NCBI GenBank assembly: GCA_037447605.1 | Contig: CM074804.1 | Coordinates: forward strand, 8,099,909-8,163,908 | Origin: Zygnema circumcarinatum SAG 698-1b | Taxonomy: Eukaryota; Plantae; Zygnematophyceae | Reading direction: 5' to 3' | Length of the DNA stretch: 64,000 bases | Shown: piece by piece, positions 36,991 through 52,320 of the stretch | Layout of the letters: every line of letters starts with the position of its first letter | Position numbering within the stretch: position 1 is the stretch's first letter | Position numbers and translations under genes: made by a program | Notes under the pieces: generated by a model | The model's input: the letters and a program-made list of their open reading frames with translations, nothing else | The model's database searches: none | What the model was told of the DNA's origin: nothing

Positions 36991-37086
36991 CCATGCCATA
37001 CATCCATGCATGCTTGCCATCCATCCTGGTTACCATGCCACACATCCATGCATGCTTGCCATCCATCCTAGTTACCATGCCATACA
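36991..37086. repeat. 42-bp tandem repeat (2.3 copies), rich in CATGCA
   Basis: ccatgccaYacatccatgcatgcttgccatccatcctRgtta at 36991 and 37033. Confidence 0.9.
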
Positions 37087-37195
37087 CCCGTGGTGCTTCC
37101 ATACATGCACATGCATGCATGCATGAAGACATACATAAGGTCGACCCATGCTCATATTATTAAATATAATGATGGACATTCTTCCAATGCTCCCC

Positions 37196-39549
37196 TCAGA
37201 GGGCCACTGGGCCTAAGGCTTTGAAAGGCTTCCATAGCTTTCCTGCATGCCCAAAGGACTGGCTCTCAGGGTGCAGAATCTCTGCCAAGACTTCAACGGA
37301 CTCCACGAGAGTGGGCCCGGGCCTTGAGAACAGGCGAGCAGCGTCGACCACAGCAGCCTCCACTCCTGCCTTCAGCTCTCGCAGCACCCCCTTATGAAGC
37401 AGATTCGTGACCTCCTTCATGGATTCCTCCAATCCACACCCACATATTGCAAACACTACTGCATCTGGGGCAAGGGCTCTGACAAAACTCCACGAGACAC
37501 TACCTTGTGTTTCCGAGGGAGGTGCCTCTCCTGCTCTTCCAGATACTTCCCTGATTGAGGCCGGCTCTCCCTCTAAAGCAGAAGCTACAGAACTTTCCGA
37601 AGGGGGGTTCATGTCGTTTGCAACATCCAACCCTCCCGCTAATCTGACAATCTCAGGGACCCATGCTCCTGCGAGAAATAGCGGCTCAGCCCACTGCACA
37701 CACATCACTCTCCTTTTCGGACGACCCATAGACAGGCCCTTCACTACGTCCATTCTCTGCTTCAAACTGACTATCGCTCGCTGAGCCTCCTCCTTTGAAT
37801 GCAATGCGGTTCCTATTTGCTCGATATCTTGCCATACATCGTCCAGTGTTTTTGGATCCAAGTGGACGATGCTGACCGACTTCCCCACCCACTCGTGAAG
37901 GGCTTGCTCAACTTCTTGATGAGAGACTGCCCCTCCACAGTCTTGAACCTGGGAAAACAAACAAGGACACATAAAAACTGACAGAAATTTAGCGCAGCAT
38001 CTGAAGAGCGATGCTAGAAGCAGACCTTCATTGTCAATCTAATCAATCAATTGCAAAAAGAAAGGAAAGTGGGGATCTCAAGGGATAATGTGGAGCATAA
38101 GAGCATAACACTAACACACCTGTGTAAGAACTACATCCGGTTGAAGCTCTCGAAGCCTGTGAGCATCTGTCCGGTAAGGCGAGAGCCCCCATTCTACCAA
38201 CGTTGCTGCACGTGAAGGACCACCGAATGCGGTCTCCCACATTGCAGCTCCTGCTGTGCAGTGCGCTGCATGGACCTCATCAGCCGCCATGCCTTCTCCC
38301 ATGGCGTACTTCGCCTCAGTGCAGACAGGTACATCTTCCGTGCCTTCTGCATCGCACTAAAACAAGGACATGGCGCATCACATGAGAGTAAGATTTAGAC
38401 CATATCCAGAGAAGAGTTTCGCTGCATAAAGAATGAAGAATGATTCACAGATTTCTTCAGATAAGAACAGTAGCCTATGGGAAGGTTCGTGTGAATGAAG
38501 GTTGACGAGCGTGCGCCTGCAACATTATGCTGACTAGGTAGCTGAGATTATATTGTCCTGAAGAGAGCACTAGGTCGTCAGATTGTCGTGTAGCATGTTA
38601 AAGTGAGTGCTTAAGTGAGTGAGGGACTGAGCATGCAGCCGTCAAATTTGGTAAAAGTCCTCAAACAAACGGAAAGCGCTTCGTAATCTCCGAGCTCAAT
38701 ATTTCCCATTAAGTAGTCACTCCTGATCAGCTCGAAGCAAAGAGCTACACAAGACTCTTCACAGCATTTTCTCAGCCTGATCTTTCGTCCTTAAAATGAT
38801 TAGAAAACAACCAGCACCAAGCATGGACTTTGACATCCAAATGGAATATCAACGCATGCATCATGACTCAAATGGTTGCAGCCACCTCCAAACCCCTGAA
38901 TTCCAACCACTAATCTTCCGACGCCAGTCACTGCAAGCGACATCGCACAACACAAAGAAAAAAAAAAAAAAAAATACCTCATGCGACCTCCCCACGAGAA
39001 GGCGCTCCAAATTCAGCACACGAACTGTGTCTGTGGCCGCAGGAAGAAGAGAAAGCACCCGGAGCGACGCCATGGCTGCCCACCTCCTCCGCTGCAAGCC
39101 CCAGCCTTGGTCAGGAGCAGGGCCTGAACGGCAACTCCAGCTCCAAGCAACTCCCTCTCTATGTCACAGTTCCACAGTTCTCCGTATCTTTTCGATATAT
39201 CGTAAATATCGCACGACACAATATATCGATAGTATTGATAATCATATCGCTTGCTTGTCGTGCGGCTCGTGCCCCTTTTTCCCCTCCCTTTACCACCGAC
39301 ATGACACGTACGGACCAGAAAACGCCACGCTTTTCGTACGTTTGTATGTGCGCGTATTAGTTCGTACTGTACTTTTGTTCGTCCGTACAGAAAGGATGTG
39401 TACGGACACGCCCGGCGGGGAGCCCCGCTGGGAGAGGGGGCTCTCTCCCTCCCTCTCCCGCTCGCTCTCGCGCGCCTCTCTCCCTCTCCCTCTGCCTCCC
39501 TCTCCCGCTTACCTCGGAGGAGCCTAACACGAGGGCGCAGGGCCGCCAT
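37196..39549 (-). CDS. BtuF/TroA-like (cobalamin or Fe-siderophore) substrate-binding protein with an N-terminal extension, ~390 aa
   Basis: Phase-consistent exons 39549-39513, 39123-38978, 38356-38120, 37948-37196. Motifs LRVLSLLPAATDTV...LVGRSHECD, LRELQPDVVLTQ, PKTLDDVWQDIEQIG, CVQWAEPLFLAGAWVPEIVRLAGG, PDAVVFAICG, FSRPGPTLVESVEVLAEILHP are typical of prokaryotic BtuF-like binding proteins. Confidence 0.85.
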
Positions 39550-40274
39550 GGCCGGATTGGAAGGGAGGATAGTGAAATAATGCGGGTATATGCAGGAGAA
39601 GAGTTTGTGTGGCGGAGAGGAAGGGCCCGTCGGGGGAGTTATTGGAGAAAGTATGGTAGAGTAATCGGGTGAAAGTGTGAGGATGGGTAGGATTCGAGCG
39701 GAGTGGTGAGGGGTTCAGAGGTGGAGGCTTGCAAGGGAGACAGTTTTTTCGGAAGCGATGTCACTCTTATTGATCGGTTGTGGTGTGTAGGGAACTGAAG
39801 TTGAAGCATTGGTGAAATTAGGGTTAGGGTTATTGAGCTAGGGAATGTCTGGTCTTGGCAGCGAGACTATTTTCAAAGTGAGAGCCTGGAGCCTCTTAAG
39901 AGCTTCTCTCGAGCCGTTTTCTTGATCCTTGCTCCGTATAGCTTGCTCCATTTCTATGCAATGGAGACAGTAGCAAGCGCATGCGCGGGCATGCAGAAGC
40001 TTGCATTGCAAAATTTCAGTTCCTCCTTCTTCTGGTACAGCGAACGGTGAACTGCGTCTGCAATTGTTTCAGAGCTCCTCCACTTTAGGACGCCATTACG
40101 TCACCGCTCGTTGCCTTATGCGCGAACCGCATGACACATGTGACTTGTAGTGAAAGCGATTTTGTACTTAGCATTAAAGTGTTTCCGACGATTCCTATTC
40201 TCTAACTTGTGGAAGCCGGTAGGAGAGCTGGTCAAGCAAGGAATTACAGGGTTCGATCTGTGAAGGAGTCGGCC

Positions 40275-43200
40275 ATGCCGCTTCTCAAGAAGAAGCTGTT
40301 CTCTTTGGCGGGTCCTCCTGAAGACCTCAAGCCCGACGAGCTCGTTTATCAAGTCCGCTTTACTGGAGAAGTGTTCAGGAACTATGAGTAAGTGCCATAA
40401 GCATCCTGCTTTTCAACTTTATTTTTTAATTTATACTTCTATTAATGCATATTGTTGCTTCCTAGTGACTTCAAGCATTTTAATGCTTTCGGCGTTGATG
40501 CTTTGACCTGCGCTGGCTTTTAGTAATTTTCAATGGATGGGCCTGCTTGAACCGAACCATAGACTCCCCTGCATTCTTTCGTCACTTATAGAGGTGAACA
40601 TGATTCAACTCAGTTAATGTCGAGCTGGAGTAGCCTGCTGCCTGCGTCGCAACTCCAAGGGAATCAAGCTACTTGCTCTCCATCCATCCATTAAGGCTCG
40701 CCTTCGAGTTCTATTTGAGCAAAACCTGCAGTCACTAGCCCTCTCTATGGAGGATGGATGATTCTTCTTGACTTTTTTTCAGTTCTGTCCAAACTTGTTA
40801 GGCCAGTTGAGCCATAACGCTGAAAGAAGGGGGGCGAGTTGCTTTGAGGTTACACTTTTTCTTGACAAAGAGTACGGTACAGAAGCTGCTTCTCATTCCG
40901 TATCGGCCAGAGGGGGACGAGAGGAGAGAGTGATAGAGGCTGGCATGGACTGACGGAGATCTTGAGAGTGGGAAAGAATGGAGAAAATCAATTGTGATGG
41001 AGAGGGAGAGTGACGGAGGCAAGGGGGGAAACGAGGAGTGGGAAGAGAGAGAGAGGACGGCCCTGTTTCTCACAGGCCTGCTATTGCTGCATTGCAGGGA
41101 GTATTTGGCAAGAATCAATATGTACAGGCGGCGGGTGTGGACATGCAAAGGAACTGGAGAGGGAAATCTCACTTTCGAGGAAGCGCTTGCATCAGAGCTA
41201 AAATGCGACCAGAGACTGCAAACTCTTCCAACTCACTTCATGGCTCCAGTGCTTCACATGGTGCAGTTCAGTGAGTACATAGATCACTGTCTTTGTTTCT
41301 CTCTCGCCCCGTATACCTCTCACCTCTCGTACTCCGTCTTCTCTGTGTTTTACACACACATCTCCTACTGGTTTTCATTTCTCGGTAAGGCTTAGACGTG
41401 GAAGGGGGAACGTCTTAGCGCATGAAAGTGAGTTCTGAGCAAGGCTCGAAACATGGCGGTGTTTATTGGCCCGAAGGAGACCCGACCCAAAGGAGACAAG
41501 CCTGGTTTACTTCAACTGTAGAAATATTTGTCGTTCTTTATTTGCAACCCCTGTCATTGAGACTCTTGACATGAACTTTCTAAAACCGACATGAACCTTT
41601 GCATCTTCACACTTACCAGTAATTGCTAACAGAGGTTACCACAACATTTTGTCATTCCCGCGTGCAATCGGACACTTGTCAACGCTGCAGTATGGGTTCA
41701 CTAAAGTATGATGTGTAAAAGATACTTTCTCACCTCAGCACCTTTTGCCTTTCAATGTGTGGATTTCACGTCATTATGATCCATCTTATAGTATGCTGTA
41801 GTTGGCTATGCTGGACTTCTACTGCGAGATTACATGCCAAGTTGCACATTAGACCTTCCTAAAAAAAAGATGCTTTATTTTCGACGTGGGTTCACATGTT
41901 GTGACTTTACAACAGCTTTATGTCAACACTTTTGTTCACGGAACTGTTGTTGTTTTGTTCAGGTCGAGACCGGTTGGAGGATCTCTCAGACTTAGTATAC
42001 AAAACTTTTAAAGAGTGTTATGTGGAAGGAGAGGAGGTGGGGGCCTGGCGTGAAGGAGACGTGTACAGGTGTAGAGTAGTGAGAGTATTGATCGATACGA
42101 ATGGAGAGATGAACGGTCATGTGAATGGGAGGAATGGGGGAGATGGGACTGATTTAGAACCTTCTATACTTGAAAGGAAGGGTCTGGAAGTAGGCCAGAG
42201 CGATGTGTGGAGAGGCGATGAAAACGGTGGGAGTGAACTTGGTCACATGGGAGTGCGAAAGTCGGAGGGAGGGGAGGAGGAGAGATCAGGCTATGAGTAT
42301 GTGGGTGCTTTGATGGGCCTTCAAGAAAAAGCTGATAGATTAAGGTATGAAGTTGGTTGGCTCTCTGCAGAAACGGAGGAAATAATGTTAACAACAATAG
42401 AAAACCCTGGTAACTTGATGCGGAGAAGATATCCTCTTACAAAAGGGCAAGTGAAGGCCTTCATTAGAGAATCTGCTGTGAGTTCAAGGAGGAATGGGGT
42501 ATGGAAAGTTCATGAACATCTTGCAGAGAGATTTGGGATAAGGCTGAAACCTCCGGAGGGATTTTTGGAGGCTGTGAAGAAAGTAAAGAAAAAGAAGAAG
42601 GAAGAGAAGGCGAAGCAGGAGCAGATTCCGGAAGAGGTGAAGGGGGGGGCGGGGGAGGACGGAGAGGAGAAGGTGGAGGAGGAGACGGAAGGAGTTACAG
42701 CCATGGAAGTGGACGAGGACAAGGAAAGTCGAAAGACGAGGAAGAAAAAGAGACTGGTGAGTGGATGTTTGAATGAATTCTTGTCAGAGAGGTAGAGAGA
42801 GAGGGGAAGAGAAGAAATTCATGGGGGGAGGAGGGGAGAAAGAGTGAGAGAGATATCGAGGAAGGGGGTATTTTAAATTAGTGAGAGTAGAGCCAGCTGA
42901 GCCAGCTTTGGGCGGGTTGAATGCAGGCGGATGACATGGTAGAGGGTGATGATCTGAGAAAGAGAACATGGAAGAGGAGGAAACAAATCAACAAACAAAA
43001 CGAAAAGACTACTGAACGGCATGAAAGTGTGTGCCCTCTCTCACCCTACTTCAACCTCACCCTTCTCCCCGTTTGTCTCTCCATCACTCCCCACTCTCCC
43101 TCCCCCTCTCTCTTCCCCCTCCTCCTCCCTTCCCCGCTCCCTCTCTTCGTCTTTCTTCCCTCTCTCCCCTCCTCTCGTCCCCCCCCCGCCTTCCCNNNNN

Positions 43201-45698
43201 NNNNNCCCCCCCCCCCCCCCCCCCTCCCCTCTTCTACCTCTCCAGAAACCCCCTTGAAAAAGCCCCGGAAACGGATGAAATACCCCATTGAAGACACACT
43301 GGTCGAGCCCTCTCCCGAGGACCCTCTTTTTCCTGCCCGTCCTCGGCCTTCCAAAGATTTCCTCCTGCCCGCAGAGTGTGTGGGAGAGCTTCTTGCTGTG
43401 TGGGATTTCTGCTGCACCTATGGAAAGGCTCTCCGCCTCTCTCCCTTCTCCTTGGAAGATCTCGAACTCTCCCTGGGGTATGAGGGGCCTGTGCCCCTAT
43501 TGGGAGAGATGCACACTGCTCTGCTCAGAGTGGTGATTCTAGGGAATCCGGGACTCTCCGAGCAATACAGGAAGCAGGGGAGAAAGGCATCAGAGGTGAG
43601 GCTACAAACATTTCGCAATTAAAGAATTAGAGCTTTGGAAAAACTTTCGGAGAGTGATCTATAAAAAGGGCCCAAGGAAAGGGAGGTCTCCTGTCTCTTT
43701 CCTCTGTCTCTCATTTCCAACTTTCTAAACTGTTGCAGATTTCAGTGACGACGTGGCAGGAGGATATCTGCGCATGGATCGGTGCTTCTAAGCAGGAATC
43801 TCTTCTTTCTCACGTCCCTTCTATTAGAAAACGCTATTCCCACCTCCCTGCCGATGTGAAGCTGGCTATTCTTCAAAATCTCGTAGATATGGCAGTGGGA
43901 ACGGAGCCGATTCGAGAGCACATTGATGAATGCGAGGAGACTTTTCAGGAACTTTTAGCACAGAGGAGAGAGGAAGGATTAGAGGGAAGGGGAGGGAGAT
44001 ATGGGGAGGGAGAGGGGGAGGGAGAGCATGGGGATCTGGTGGATGAGGAACATTTGAACAGAAATGATGTCGAATGTGAGGAGAGTGATGAGGGAGTAGA
44101 GAGAAACGCATGCAGAGATGGCCAGTCAGCCAGTTGGCAGACGAAGGGGAAGCGCAAAGTCAACTGTTTTCGGAGTCAACGCTCTTTTTCTGATTCCCAT
44201 TTGGTTGAGAACGGAGGGAGGTAAGCATGAGTTGCTTGAAGCAGGGCATGGAGAGAGGTATTGCGTACCACTTGCGCTGTTTCAAATGATGTGAAGGGTT
44301 TCCAAATTTTCATGTTCTTATCGTGTTTTAGAATGGCTCGGTCTTACCGTACTTGGACCTTCTGACGAGAGTGGGAGAGTGAGAGAGGGAGGGGGAGAGA
44401 GGGAGAGAGAGAGTGGGGGGTCGGAGAGAGAGAGGGAGGCAGGGAGAAGAGAGACGGGAGAGGGAGAGGGAAGAGAGAGAGAGAAGAATGAGAGGAGAGT
44501 GGGAAAGGGGAGAGGGCCAAGGGAGCGAAAGTGGGGAGAGACTGAGAGAGAGAGGGAGATATAGAGAGAGCGAGAGATAGAGTCCGAGCCTTTCTCTCGG
44601 CTGATTTTACCCCTCCCTCCTTGCTGAATGCTGAAGAAGTCTCCTGACAGGTGTTCCTTATGGCCCCCGTTTGTTCTGCCGATTTTTTTGTCGTGTAGCG
44701 AGCGCCCCCGGGAAAGCTTGCGAGTGCGATCCCGCCACCTGTCCATGCAGCAGGCCACCTCGAGCAAGCTGAGGGAGACGCGGGAGCAGAGAGAGGAGGA
44801 CAGGCTGCAGGCAGAGAGGAGCAGGGAGCAGCAGGACCGCATGCAGCAGCAGAAGAGGGTAGGGCCTTGAACCCTCTCCCTCCCTTCTCGTCTCTCATTT
44901 ACAGTTGTCCCCTTCCCCTTTTTCCTGGCTCATTTCCCTCCTCGCTCGCTCGTTCTTTTTGCTCGTTCGTTTTGCTCGTTCTTTTCTTTACATTCCCTTT
45001 GCCTCTCTCCGTCGTCTCTCTCCCACCTCACCTTCCCCCTTCCACTCCCTCTCATCCTGCCCGAGCGATGGGGCACAGAGGGAGTACTTTGCCCGTGAGT
45101 GTGAGAAGTGTTCTGTGCGAGTGAGCTCCCTCGGGCGAGACCGAGAGTGCAACCGCTATTGGTTCTTTCCTCGGGAGGGGCGCCTCTTTGTGGAGGGAGC
45201 GGATGCAGCATCTTGGGGTTTCTATGGAGCTGTGGAAGAGGTCAGATTTCATCATTTTTTAAAGCATATGGTTTTTCCTCTCCTAGAGAAAGTCACTTTC
45301 GAGAAGCTTCTAGGAACGTTCCATACCTCCTAATTAACGTTGTTGGGTGGCAGATGAATGACCTGCACGGATCGTTGAATCCGAAGGGCATCCGCGAGAG
45401 AGACCTAAAAAAGCAGCTGGAAAAGCTGCTGCCTCGTATAAGGTGGGCAGTGGTCGAACGGTTTCTATGTCTTAGTTTGTTTTGCTTAACGGAGCTCGGG
45501 TGTCTCCATGCATGTGTCGCCCTCTTGATATGGTAAAACTTTCGTGGGAGGGATGGCAGTGCTGCTCTCTCTAAGAGGACAAAGGAGATGGCTCAAAAGT
45601 TGGCTTCAGAGGAGGCGACGTTGAGACGCTCCACTCGAGTGCGAACGGCCCCCCGAATGGCTCCGTTTCTGAATTACGTGAACAAGTTTGCAGGTTGA
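40275..45698 (+). CDS. WAC-DDT-WHIM/WSD chromatin-remodelling (ISWI-associated) protein
   Basis: MPLLKKKLF...VYQVRFTGEVFRNYEEYLARINMYRRRVWTCKGTGEGNLTFEEAL (WAC); KYPIED...VGELLAVWDFCCTYGKALRLSPFSLEDLE (DDT); SLGRDRECNRYWFF...SLNPKGIRERDLK (WSD). Stop at 45696-45698. Confidence 0.93.
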
Positions 45699-46523
45699 AG
45701 GACCTCTAAATAAGTTTAGCATCTGTAGTGGAGTGCCCTTCTTTAGCTGACATTCATTAGTTTATTCATGTGTAAATATTGCGGTTCTAGGAGAGGAAGG
45801 TTCCAAGTCCCTCGCCTTTTTGTTCACTAGGCTTCAGGGTCTAGGGTGTTGACTCTCTCTGTCTAGGGTGTCGGCCCTCATATCGGAGTAAACGACGGTT
45901 TAAAAAATAAGGAGCGATGGCACAGCGTGAGATGGGCCCAAGTCATTCATTCATTCATACGCCGCCGATGTCTGGCTTGATGCCATGCCATGCCATGCCT
46001 TGCCTTGCGGGCGATGCGGGTTCACATCCACATGGCACGTCTTTCAGTCGTGAGGCGTGCTGCTAGCCATAGCGAGAAAGGGAGAGGGTGAGGAGAGAGG
46101 GAGAAGGAGAATGGAACAGGGAGAGGGAGAGGACCGTTGAAATTCAACCTGCCGCCGAGCTGACGTGGCTAGAATCCACCAAGTGGCAGAAACGGACGTG
46201 GCGGCATCGAATTGGAGGGCCCGTCCCGGATTCTGGGCCTCAAACGGCCAAAAGTCGTCCTCTGTACGGACACACGCAAGGTCAGTGAGACCGTACACCT
46301 GTAGGAACTTTTATGGCATGTGTCATGTACCGATTGGTGGAAGTCTTTGATATGTCACATTCCGTACTGGCAGGTTTTTGTACAGTACAGTACTGTACTG
46401 TAAGGAGTCCCAGCACATGTACGGATTCTCGCTGTGCACAGTTCCGTAAATGGCGAAATTCACGGAACTGCGTTGAAGCTGAGGGCTCTCGACGTGGGCT
46501 GCCCTTGCGCCCTCGCACGTGCG

Positions 46524-48983
46524 ATGGCGGCTCGCGCAGGACGCCACGTGGTAGCCGCTGGAGCTCTGCTGCGGCACCATGGCTGCCACCCTCCAAGCGT
46601 CTGCTCAGGGCGGCTGCACCCTTCGCCCGCCATGGCTGACAGGGCATCTCCTGATAGTTCCTCCTCAGAGCCTTACCGCGTGCTACGTGGCAGCTTGTGG
46701 GTACTCAGGAGGTCCTGGGCGTGCACATCATCATCGGCAGGTCCAAGCTCAGCTGCTGAAGGTAAGGGTCCAGTGCACTATCAAACGTGTTTATATGCTA
46801 GTTATGTGTAACACTTCGATCACACTGGTATACCCCTATGTTGTTTAGGGTTAGGGTTGACCTTTCTGAGAAAACCTTGAAACTGGTTTCAGTTCGCCTC
46901 TTACCGGATGGCTCTCACTTTTTGAGGCAGGAGTGAGAGTGAGGGGGGGGAGTTGAAGGAGGGGAAAAGGGAGGAGGGAGCATGGAAGGGGAATGCGAGG
47001 GAGGAGAAGAGTGGGGCAGGGACTGCGGGAGGGAGGGAGAAGGGGAGGGGAGAGAGGGAGCTTCCCATTACGCTAAGTAACTGGTACTCTAGGCTGAAGT
47101 GTAAGCGTCCCATCGTACACCAAACTCACGATAGTGTTGAGCATGTTTTGACAGTATAGAGTCTCTTTTTTGTGAGGATGGCTCAGGGTTGAACAGTGAG
47201 AAGGAGGTGGAGCCCGAAGCAGTGGACGTGCACACCAAAATTTTGGAAGGCGCTCTGTGCCACGTGGTAGGCTTTTGCTGCCTCACCTCATTGTCCTAGT
47301 CCTAACCCTAACCTTACCCAACCCCAATCTCAATTCTAATCCTAACCCTAACCTTAACCTTAACCCTAACACTACCTCATTCCTAACCCGAACTATCACC
47401 CTGACCCTACCTTATCCTAATTCCCATCCCAAGACTAACTTCAATCGTAGCCCTAGCCATAGCCTTAGCTCTAACCCATTCTTCATTCTTCCTATAGCCT
47501 TCCCCGTATTTCGGTGCCAATCGTAATTCTATCCTTTGTTCCTAATCTCAACGTTAACCCTTATTCTACTAACCCTATTTCATCCCTATTCCTCTTCTTC
47601 TGTGGCATTTTTGAGAAAAATGCTTCGGAAGTTCATTCATGCATTCATTTTCCCACATTCTTCCTGAACCAGCAAGTCTTGTTGATCTCAATGATGGGGG
47701 CTCAGAATCGTCTTGGATGGAGTGAGGCAGCTTTGGCTGAGGCAGCGCAGGAAGAGGGTCTCTCACCAGCAGTGATTGGACTGTTTCCAAGAAAAGAAGC
47801 AGAGCTGGTAGAGGTAAAGTTAAACTGCACTACCCTAGTCGAAGAGGGGGTAGATACAGGGAAGGAGAAGGGAAATAAGGGATGATATCTCAATTTCTAG
47901 CTGCTGCTAGGCATCCTCTGCTGCACGAGCTCAAACCCTAAGTTCTCCATACTCCAACACTCCCAACGTTGACGTGGAGAACTAGTGGGCTCTCTGCAAC
48001 AGTACTTTATGGCGGAATCTGCGAAGAAAGTGAAGGAAGATTTGGACAAGAAAGCGGAAGAGTGGAAGTTTCTTCCCTCTCGGCAACGAATGCTTGCAGC
48101 GATTAAGGAGAGACTAGAACTTCAGGGCCCCTACGTCTCCAGTTGGCCTCAGGCACTAAGTATTCAGGTAATTCTCATACCTTCTAAACTTCATTTTTAG
48201 CAGAAAAACTATTGGCAGACGGAGCTCATATGAGCTTATATGTTCCAGCTGCTTGGAATCCTAAACTTTCTTATATGGGTATGTCACCCTGCACTCTGTA
48301 TGCAGGCTTACCCAAACAACGTAGCGGTAAGTTTGAGGCAGAGGTGGGAGCTCATGGATGTGCTGTGGGGGGCTGTTGACGATAAGTCAACAGAACTTGA
48401 ACGGCATGGAAAGAGGCTATTATTAGCGGGAGTGTATTCAGCTGCGGAGATTTACATGTTAACGGATTTTTCACCAGGTAAGCAAGCAAAGGGGAAGCTA
48501 TGGATTGAGCCGCGAACTTCATTTTCGCAGGTTCTGTTTGAATGTGCATCCGAATGTATGTGTGTGAGGACTGTTGATGGCCTCATGCTGTAATTCGGGG
48601 ATTCATGTGGTATAGGGTTTGAGGACACGTGGCGATTTGTGGAGCGGCAAGTGGACAGTGTGTTGGAGCTGAAGAAGAGTGTCAATGAGGTGAGGGAGAA
48701 GTGAACCTTTCGTTGCACTCCTTTAAAGTCAGCTTTACTTTAACGCTTATTGGTGCTTTGAGGGCTTCATTTTTTAAACCTGTTCTGTACCACTTTACCA
48801 CCACTCTGAGAGGTGCGCAAAGGCATGCTTCTCCTCCTCCTCCTCCTCACTCTTAAAATTATTTGCTTTTACTCTTTTTTTCCCGGGCAGGTTTCACATC
48901 TCGCGCAGGCAGTAGGAGCAGGTCTGGCCAGAACAGTGAACAATCTTTTCAAGGGGCAGCTGCCAAAGGGACCCTTTCCTTGA
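46524..48983 (+). CDS. COQ9: Ubiquinone biosynthesis protein COQ9, mitochondrial
   Basis: Exons encode KILEGALCHV, LGWSEAALAEAA...GLFPRKEAELVEYFM, RLELQGPYVSSWPQALSIQ, KRLLLAGVYSAAEIYMLTDFSPGFEDTWRFVERQV. The N-terminus is R/A-rich, like a presequence. Confidence 0.93.
47295..47580 (+). repeat. Degenerate (CCCTAA)n telomere-like array in a COQ9 intron
   Basis: cctaaccctaaccttacccaacccc...cctaaccctaaccttaaccttaaccctaac, with 6-bp periodicity. Confidence 0.8.
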
Positions 48984-50163
48984 TCAAAAGGAAAGGCAAG
49001 GGTGCGGTAAAGTTAACCTCAAGCGCCACGTGGAGCTCTCCTATTCGTCTGCTCTCTCCCATTGGGAGTGAAAACCCTCTCTCATTTTTACCTCCCCCAA
49101 CTGTGTACAGCTGCTGACTCTCTGAAACTTCTGAAACGTTTGCTCCACAAAATAATGGCAGTGCTTTTTTTTTTTTTTAATGTGAATGCAGAATAGTTTC
49201 GGAGGTTTGTGCAAGGTACCGTTACCGAGTTATGAATTGTTCGCTGTACAGTAGTGAATCTCTCCTCTCGCTGCTCTCTCCGTTTCTCTCCCTCTTCACT
49301 CTTTCCCCACTCCCAGACGACGTTTCGAGGGATTTTCCACTTTTTTGTAGGGAATGCAGGCGAATGGATTGAACAGTAACTAAAAACTGAAAGAAGTCCG
49401 CCAAAGAAAATGTGTGGACTGTTTATGGGACTCCGAAATAGGTTTTTTAAGTTTTGAGGTTTTTGATTTCTGAGGCTTCCAGTCCTACTTGCTGACGCTG
49501 AGCTGATTCAGCAGCAACAAACTAAAAACCCTTAGAAACATGAAAAAAATCAGAACAAGTACACAGCATGAACATTACTGCAAAAAGAAATATAAATGCG
49601 AGAATTCAATGTGATGTACTCCTTCCATTCAGGAATCATTAGCTGCAAATGCAGCAATGTACCCACAATACAGCACCCTAATTCCTAAACTCAGTTCATC
49701 TTACTACCCACTAAACGACCGGTAAGTTTCGACCCTTTCGTTTGAGAAAGGGTGCCACAAGCACAGTCCCGTCCTGTTCCCTTCCGGTCTGTTTACCGTT
49801 AAAAATGTGACCACAACATGATCCTGAACTGCATAGTGAAAAATGACTCAGTTTATTGGAACTGAACTAAACGGTAACTGCAATCGTAACCGTCACAGTA
49901 TACATAGAGCCAACAGTACAATACGGACATGTTCAGAGTCGCCCCTACTCCCAACCTCTCTCCGCCTTAGGATCCGTCCTGAACAAGTTTATAAGAAAGG
50001 ACGGTAGGGATTGTGGAATATTACCTCCATATCTCTCTCCCTCTCTCTCACACACACACTGACCTTCCTGAGAAAGCCCTTCACCGTAGCCTCTACTCAC
50101 TCTCTTTCTGTGAATGCCAAGCTAGAAAGCTTAAAATGGCTTCTCTGAGCCTCCTCTCCCTTC

Positions 50164-52320
<2,157 letters not shown>

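Noticed and set aside
49690-49950. hAT-type subterminal (AAACGG-like) repeats and a TAGGG terminus
   Set aside because: No matching second TIR or TSD found.
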